Shown in pieces: positions 58,940 through 64,000 of a stretch of 64,000 nucleotides of DNA. The notes beneath the pieces were generated by a model. The model was given only the letters and a program-made list of their open reading frames with translations, did no database searches and was not told where the DNA came from. The stretch is from an uncultured delta proteobacterium. Its GTDB lineage: Bacteria; Myxococcota_A; UBA9160; UBA4427. How positions within the stretch are numbered: position 1 is the stretch's first letter; each line of letters begins with the position of its first letter. Location of the stretch: the NCBI GenBank assembly GCA_963822965.1, contig CAWGJT010000008.1, positions 32,001-96,000 of the forward strand, read 5' to 3'. Made by a program: the position numbers and the translations under genes.

Positions 58940-61060
58940 TTGAGCGAGAGTGATCGCGTCGTGCGCACCTTCTGTCGGGTCTGTGAGCCTTCCTGCGGTC
59001 TGGTCGCGCACGTCGAGGGCGGCGAGATCACGAAGCTGCTGCCCGACCGCGAGCATCCCGTGACCCGGGGATTCGCGTGCCACAAGGGGCTCGCCGCCCT
59101 CGACATCCACCGGGACCCCGATCGCCTCGCCCGTCCCCAGCGGCGGACCGCCGCGGGCGGCTTCGAAGACGTCTCCTGGGACGACGCGATCACCGGCATC
59201 GCCCGGAAGCTCACGGGCATTCGCGAGGCGCACGGCCCGGACGCCATCGCGGGCTATCTCGGCAACCCGCTGGCCTTCAACGCCCTGGCGGCGCCGGCGA
59301 CGGGCTCCCTGCTGGCCCAGATCGGCACCCGCCGGGTCTTCTCCTCGGGCACCCAGGATTGTGCGAACAAGTTCGCAGGAGCCGAAGCCCTCTTCGGAAC
59401 CAGCACCTTACACCCCGTCCCGGACATCGAGCACACGCATCACCTGCTGGTCTTCGGCTCGAATCCGCGGGTCTCGCACATGAGCTTCCTGTCCATCGCC
59501 GACCCGGTGAAGGCCCTTCGTCGGGCCCGGGAACGGGGCGCCACGATCCGGTTCGTGAACCCCCGGCGCATCGAGCCCGAGGCCGCGGGCCTCGGCGAGA
59601 CGGTACTCATCCGGCCGGACACGGATGTCTATCTCCTGGCGGCGATGCTGTGCGAGATCGAGCGCCGGGGCGGCTTCCGCGAGGACGTGCTCGCCGCTCA
59701 CGGCCGCAACCTGGAGGGGCTGCGCGCGTTCGTTCGTCGCTACCCGCCGGAGCGGGTCGCCGCGGTGACCGGCATCTCCGCGGAGCGCATCCGTACGCTC
59801 GCGCGCGAGCTTGCGGAGGCGCCGAGCGCCGCGGTCTACATGTCGACGGGCGTCAACATGGGCCGCCAGGGAACCCTCGCCTACTGGCTGCTCTTCATGC
59901 TCAGCCTCGTGACCGGAAATCTCGATCGTCGCGGCGGCAACCTCTACGCCCGGGGCTTCTATCCGGCCGCGAAGGCGGGTCGGGTGAAGCCGCAGCTGGG
60001 CTTCGAGCAGACACCGCACGGTCCGGTGCGCCGCACCCGGGGTGCGCTGCCCGGCAACCTGCTCGCCGACATGATCCTGCAGGACGAGCATCCCGTGCGA
60101 GCGCTGGTGGTGGTGGCCGGCAACCCGCTGCTCTCCATCGGTGGCGAAGTGCACTTGCGCGAGGCTTTCTCGCAGCTCGAGCTGCTCGTCGTCGTCGATC
60201 TGTATCGCAACGCGACGGCCGAGCTCGCCCACTACGTGCTGCCGAGCGCCGACATGCTCGAGCGCCGCGACGTGAATCTCTGCGGTCTCGGCCTTCAGCA
60301 CGAGCCCTTCGTGCAGTACACCGACGCGGTGGTGCCGCCTCGCGACGAGCGGCGCGAGGAGTGGTGGATTCTCGCGCGTCTCGAGCAGGCCATGGGGTTC
60401 CGCTCGGTGCTGGACGCCGGCGAAGATCCGCCCCTCTTCTCGCGGCTCGACCACATGATGGCGAGCGTGGGCGTGTCCACCGCGAAGCTCGCGGAGAGCG
60501 AGAGCGGAGCCCTGGTGCTGCCTGCCCCGGAGCCCGGCCGCTTCTTCGAGGAGTGGATCCAGACCGAGGACCGCCGGGTGGATTGCTGCCCCGCGGTCTT
60601 CCGCGAGTCGGGGGCCCTCGAGCGCGCCGAGACGCTCTTCGAGGAGCTGGCCGCAGAAGGACCCGACCAGCTCAAGCTCATCACCCGCCGCGACTCACGA
60701 ATGCACAACAGCTGGTACCAGAACCTGCCGCGCCTTCGCCGGGGCGCGCACGGCCGGAACCCGCTGCATGTCCATCCGGAGGACGCCCGGAGCCGGGGAT
60801 TGAAGGAAGGCGATCTGGTTCGCATTTCGGGTCCGGGCGGCCGGATCGAGGCGCCGGTGACCCTGGACGACGAGCTCATGCCGGGGGTCGTCGCCATGGC
60901 CCACGGCTGGGGCAACGCCGGCAGCACGGGGCTCAGCGTGGCGGGCCGGCATCCGGGCGTGAATCCGAACCGGCTGCTGCCCAGCGGGCCGGGAAGCTTC
61001 GAGCCTCTCAGCAACCAGGCGTTCATGACCGGGATTCCGGTGGAGGTCGCCCGCGCCTGA
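58940..61060 (+). CDS. Molybdopterin-dependent oxidoreductase (DMSO reductase superfamily) with N-terminal 4Fe-4S cluster
   Basis: CRVCEPSCG...CHKG, GNPL, NSW, HPEDA, HGWG; TTG start after GGAGGAG. Confidence 0.92.
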   Translation: MSESDRVVRTFCRVCEPSCGLVAHVEGGEITKLLPDREHPVTRGFACHKGLAALDIHRDPDRLARPQRRTAAGGFEDVSWDDAITGIARKLTGIREAHGPDAIAGYLGNPLAFNALAAPATGSLLAQIGTRRVFSSGTQDCANKFAGAEALFGTSTLHPVPDIEHTHHLLVFGSNPRVSHMSFLSIADPVKALRRARERGATIRFVNPRRIEPEAAGLGETVLIRPDTDVYLLAAMLCEIERRGGFREDVLAAHGRNLEGLRAFVRRYPPERVAAVTGISAERIRTLARELAEAPSAAVYMSTGVNMGRQGTLAYWLLFMLSLVTGNLDRRGGNLYARGFYPAAKAGRVKPQLGFEQTPHGPVRRTRGALPGNLLADMILQDEHPVRALVVVAGNPLLSIGGEVHLREAFSQLELLVVVDLYRNATAELAHYVLPSADMLERRDVNLCGLGLQHEPFVQYTDAVVPPRDERREEWWILARLEQAMGFRSVLDAGEDPPLFSRLDHMMASVGVSTAKLAESESGALVLPAPEPGRFFEEWIQTEDRRVDCCPAVFRESGALERAETLFEELAAEGPDQLKLITRRDSRMHNSWYQNLPRLRRGAHGRNPLHVHPEDARSRGLKEGDLVRISGPGGRIEAPVTLDDELMPGVVAMAHGWGNAGSTGLSVAGRHPGVNPNRLLPSGPGSFEPLSNQAFMTGIPVEVARA

Positions 61061-61077
61061 GCCGCGGCGGCTCCGCG

Positions 61078-61890
61078 TCAGCGGCGCTTGCGCTCCAGGA
61101 AGTCATGGATGAGCCACTGGGAGATGCTCATCCGCCCCGGGAAGAAGGTCGGCATGGCGTCGGCCCGGAACCAGCGGGCGTCCTCGATCTCGTCGTCCTC
61201 GAGTCGGATCTCACCCGACTCGTAGCGCGCGGTGAAGCCGAGCATCAGCGAGTTGGGGAAGGGCCAGGGCTGGCTGCCGAAGTAGCGGATGTCGCAGACC
61301 GAGATGCCCGTCTCCTCCATCACCTCGCGCTCGACCGCTTCCTCGGCACTCTCTCCCGGCTCCACGAATCCGGCCAGCGTGCTGTAGATGCCCGGTGGAA
61401 AGTGGGGTGAGCGCGCCAGCAGGATCTCGTCGCCGCGCTCGACGGCCACGATCATGGCCGGCGACAGCCGCGGGAACTGCGGAACCCGGCAGTCCGGGCA
61501 GATGCGGCAGCGCTCCTTGGGCGAGACCTCGGTGGGCTTGCCGCAGGCGCCGCAGAACTGGTGGCTACGGTCCCAGTCGACGATCTGCACCGCGCGCCCC
61601 GCGACCGCGTGCAGGACCTCGTCCAGGTTCCCGTAGAGCGCCCGCAGGTCGCGGAAGGTCATGCCCGGCGGCGGCGTCGCGTCGGCGGGAAGCTCGACCG
61701 AGTGGCAGTGGGCCTCGCCGAGGGTGCCCAGGTACTGGGAGCGGACGGACTCGAGCCCGGCCCGCTCCAGGTCCTCGAGGCTCGGCAGCTCGTGTCCCGT
61801 GGTGATCAGCAGCTCGCGGTGGCGGAAGACGAAGCACAGGACCGGCCCCTCCGCCTCCGACGGAGCCTTGACGGCAGGCTTGAAGGTCAT
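61078..61890 (-). CDS. nudC: NAD(+) diphosphatase NudC
   Basis: FCGACG/CPDC zinc ribbon, Nudix box AGFVEPGES.EE...REV.EE.G, SQPWPFPNSLM. Confidence 0.95.
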   Translation of the reverse strand: MTFKPAVKAPSEAEGPVLCFVFRHRELLITTGHELPSLEDLERAGLESVRSQYLGTLGEAHCHSVELPADATPPPGMTFRDLRALYGNLDEVLHAVAGRAVQIVDWDRSHQFCGACGKPTEVSPKERCRICPDCRVPQFPRLSPAMIVAVERGDEILLARSPHFPPGIYSTLAGFVEPGESAEEAVEREVMEETGISVCDIRYFGSQPWPFPNSLMLGFTARYESGEIRLEDDEIEDARWFRADAMPTFFPGRMSISQWLIHDFLERKRR

Positions 61891-61950
61891 TCCGAGACCT
61901 TAGCAACGCCCCGCAAGAGCAGCGCCCCGCAACCCAGCCCCGAAACGAAC

Positions 61951-62150
61951 GAGGGGAGTACCACGCCCGCGAGCCGCCTCGCCCTCCATTGGGCGGCAAC
62001 CAGGCCCCGCACCCAAGGAGGGGAGTACGACGCCAGCGAGTCGTCTCGCCCTCCATTGGGCGGCAACCAGGCCCCGCACCCAAGGAGGGGAGTACGACGC
62101 CAGCGAGTCGTCTGGCTCTCCATTGGGCCGCAACCAGGCCCCATCCCAAA
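61951..62150. repeat. 3 x 67-nt tandem hairpin-forming (REP-like) intergenic array
   Basis: Units start at 61951, 62018 and 62085; consensus GAGGGGAGTACGACGCCAGCGAGTCGTCTCGCCCTCCATTGGGCGGCAACCAGGCCCCGCACCCAAG; no unique spacers. Confidence 0.9.
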
Positions 62151-62184
62151 AAAAGAAACGGCCACCTCGTGAGAGGTGGCCGTT
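62148..62184 (-). terminator. Rho-independent terminator of the PEP-CTERM gene
   Basis: 12-bp perfect stem AACGGCCACCTC-GTGA-GAGGTGGCCGTT followed on the minus strand by TCTTTTTTT. Confidence 0.88.
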
Positions 62185-62209
62185 CTTCTGTCAGTTGCCG
62201 ATCGGACGC

Positions 62210-63166
62210 TTACTTGCGCATCCGGCGGCGGCCGATCACGGCGAGGCCGACGGCCCCCGAGACCAGCAGGAGCACGGTGCCCGGCTCGGGCACGAACTCG
62301 AAGTGGATCGTCGCCGAACCCGGGATGCGTCCCGCGATGGCCGCGGTGTCGATCCGCATCGGCGCCACCACCGTCACGCTGCCTGCCTTGCTACCCGAGA
62401 GCAGGTTCTGCGTACCGGAGACGGTCACCGTGTGGTTCTCGACCGCGTTGCCGCCGTTGACGGACACGAATCCACCGTTGGTCGACGGCGTCATCACGGT
62501 CTCGTTCGGAGTCGGCTGCAGGGTGAAGGCGACGCCCTGCACGTTGCCGCGCGCCGGGATCGTGATGAAGTTCGACGTCACCGCCGTGATCACCACCGGC
62601 GCCGTGATGAACGGGCCGTTGGTCACGGTGATGTTGTTGCCCAGCAGCGAGACCATCGTGGTCTCACCCATGGCGCCGCCGACGTGGCTCAGCGGAACCG
62701 GAAGCACGATGGCGCCGCCCAGGGCATTGATCACCGCCACGCCGTTGAGGCGCAGGTTGCCACCGAAGGCCGGACCCACCGAGCCGCCGCCACCGATCTG
62801 GTTGGAGGCGATCACGACGCCGTCCTGGAGGACACCGCCGTTGTTGTGGACCGTCACCTTCAGGTTCGAGATCAGCGGAACGCCGGTGAACAGCGCCGTG
62901 CCCGGACCGAAGTTGACCGTCGACCACACCGTCGCACCCGCGAGGATGTTGTGACCCACGGTCGGGTTGCCCTGGCTACCCGACGCCAGGGAGACCAGGC
63001 TCTCCGTTCCCGGAAGAGCGCTGACCGTGACGGAGGGCAGACCGCTGATGATCAGGCCGAGCGTCGAGTTCGGCTGATCCATCTGGCCCGCCTGCGCGAT
63101 GCTCGAGAAGCCTAAGAGCAGCCCGGCAGCGGCGAGAGTTACAGTGAGCTTTCGCAGGGTTCGCAT
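62210..63166 (-). CDS. PEP-CTERM sorting-domain surface protein
   Basis: Signal peptide (..SSIAQA); G/T/N/V-rich body; C-terminal VPEPGT + TM + RRRMRK. Confidence 0.93.
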   Translation of the reverse strand: MRTLRKLTVTLAAAGLLLGFSSIAQAGQMDQPNSTLGLIISGLPSVTVSALPGTESLVSLASGSQGNPTVGHNILAGATVWSTVNFGPGTALFTGVPLISNLKVTVHNNGGVLQDGVVIASNQIGGGGSVGPAFGGNLRLNGVAVINALGGAIVLPVPLSHVGGAMGETTMVSLLGNNITVTNGPFITAPVVITAVTSNFITIPARGNVQGVAFTLQPTPNETVMTPSTNGGFVSVNGGNAVENHTVTVSGTQNLLSGSKAGSVTVVAPMRIDTAAIAGRIPGSATIHFEFVPEPGTVLLLVSGAVGLAVIGRRRMRK

Positions 63167-63283
63167 GGTTGCTTCAACCACCTTTGCTTGTGTGCTTGTG
63201 CGTTTGCGTTGGTCTCTTGCCTACGCCAGGGCCTGGGACTTTCCCGCAGATCCACCCCTCGCGTGGCGACCGTGCGTAGACAG

Positions 63284-63299
63284 TGCAATGCGAGTGCCA
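63284..63299 (-). promoter_or_regulatory. Sigma54 (-24/-12) promoter of the PEP-CTERM gene
   Basis: Minus strand TGGCAC-TCGCA-TTGCA, an exact consensus match about 120 nt upstream of the ATG. Confidence 0.85.
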
Positions 63300-63593
63300 T
63301 TCCCGCCAATCCCGGTCGATTCGTAAGCCGCCAGAAACAAAACGGTTTTGTGCCAGCCTCCGGGCGCTTCCCAGCACCGGGCCAAGCGCTTGGGAAGGAG
63401 TTTTCCTTTTTTCGCGAATCCGGTGCCGTTCGCGGCGAAGTCGACCGCGAGATCCTCGACTCCACGGCTTCGCCGCGATCATCCCGCTCCTCCATGGCGC
63501 CATCGGCAGACGACGAGGGGAAATCAAGGCACTCCCTCTTCTTCCCGAGGGGAACATCCGGACCGTCCGCGCCGGGGCTACCGTGGCGAGCGA

Positions 63594-64000
63594 ATGGCCC
63601 AGTCGGACTCGCGCTGGCAGGCGATCCGGAGCCTGTCCCCTCTCACCCGCAGCCTGCTGGTCTTCGTTCCGCTCGCCTGCATCGCGCTGAACCTCCTGCT
63701 CCCGCGGCTGCCCTGGCAGCCCCAGCAGATCACCACCCTCGACTACACGGCGACCTGGCTCCACGGAATCGCGCACGAGGACTCGTGGAAGCCCATGCGG
63801 CTGGCCCGGGACTGGCTGCACGCGGACCGGGAGGGGCTCCTCTACCAGGCCATCTTCTTCGAAGACGGCGTGAAGCTGCAGTATCCGCCGACGAGCCTGC
63901 TCGCCCTGGACGCCCTGGGGCTGGTGCCCGGCGGCGACTGGACGTCGAACGACGTCCTGAACGGGCTCTCGTGGGTCGCGGTCCTGCTCGCCGTGGTGCT
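63594..64000 (+). CDS. GT-C/GT87 (DUF2029)-like membrane glycosyltransferase (3' partial)
   Basis: MAQSDSRW..., TM, DSW.PM, LY..IFF...KLQYPPTSLL; runs off the window end. Confidence 0.6.
   Translation, partial: MAQSDSRWQAIRSLSPLTRSLLVFVPLACIALNLLLPRLPWQPQQITTLDYTATWLHGIAHEDSWKPMRLARDWLHADREGLLYQAIFFEDGVKLQYPPTSLLALDALGLVPGGDWTSNDVLNGLSWVAVLLAVV

Noticed and set aside
61951..62150. CRISPR array
   Set aside because: Units are contiguous 67-nt repeats with no unique spacers, and there are no cas genes in the window

Overview
Very GC-rich bacterial chromosomal window, densely coding (about 65 CDS). Gene content suggests a Gram-negative Myxococcota/deltaproteobacteria-like organism; this is an inference from the PEP-CTERM protein with a sigma54 promoter, bactofilin, SurA, an autotransporter barrel and an F420-type LLM. 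Core genes are uvrA, surA, mfd, rplC, rlmE, nudC, trkH/trkA, aidB-like and csp. Between them lie many accessory enzymes (GNATs, SnoaL, hydrolases, LLMs, TauD, a molybdopterin oxidoreductase) and envelope genes (GT2, GT4, GT87-like, GH25, MlaD, HAF repeats). I saw no tRNA, rRNA, CRISPR array, integrase or transposase. Most notable: (1) an orphan rplC outside the S10 operon, followed in the same frame after one TAG by an rlmE with no canonical start codon; (2) a Sel1/caspase lipoprotein plus short-passenger autotransporter pair inside a duplication scar, marked by a chimeric aidB::glutaredoxin mini-ORF; (3) two paralogous split-barrel-like lipoproteins flanking an F420-type LLM gene; (4) a 3 x 67-nt hairpin-forming REP-like array; (5) several gene remnants (TfoX N-terminus, MFS C-terminus, a HAF protein ending at the PE of a PEP motif, a frameshifted GT2). 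All family calls come from motif recognition by eye, not database searches.
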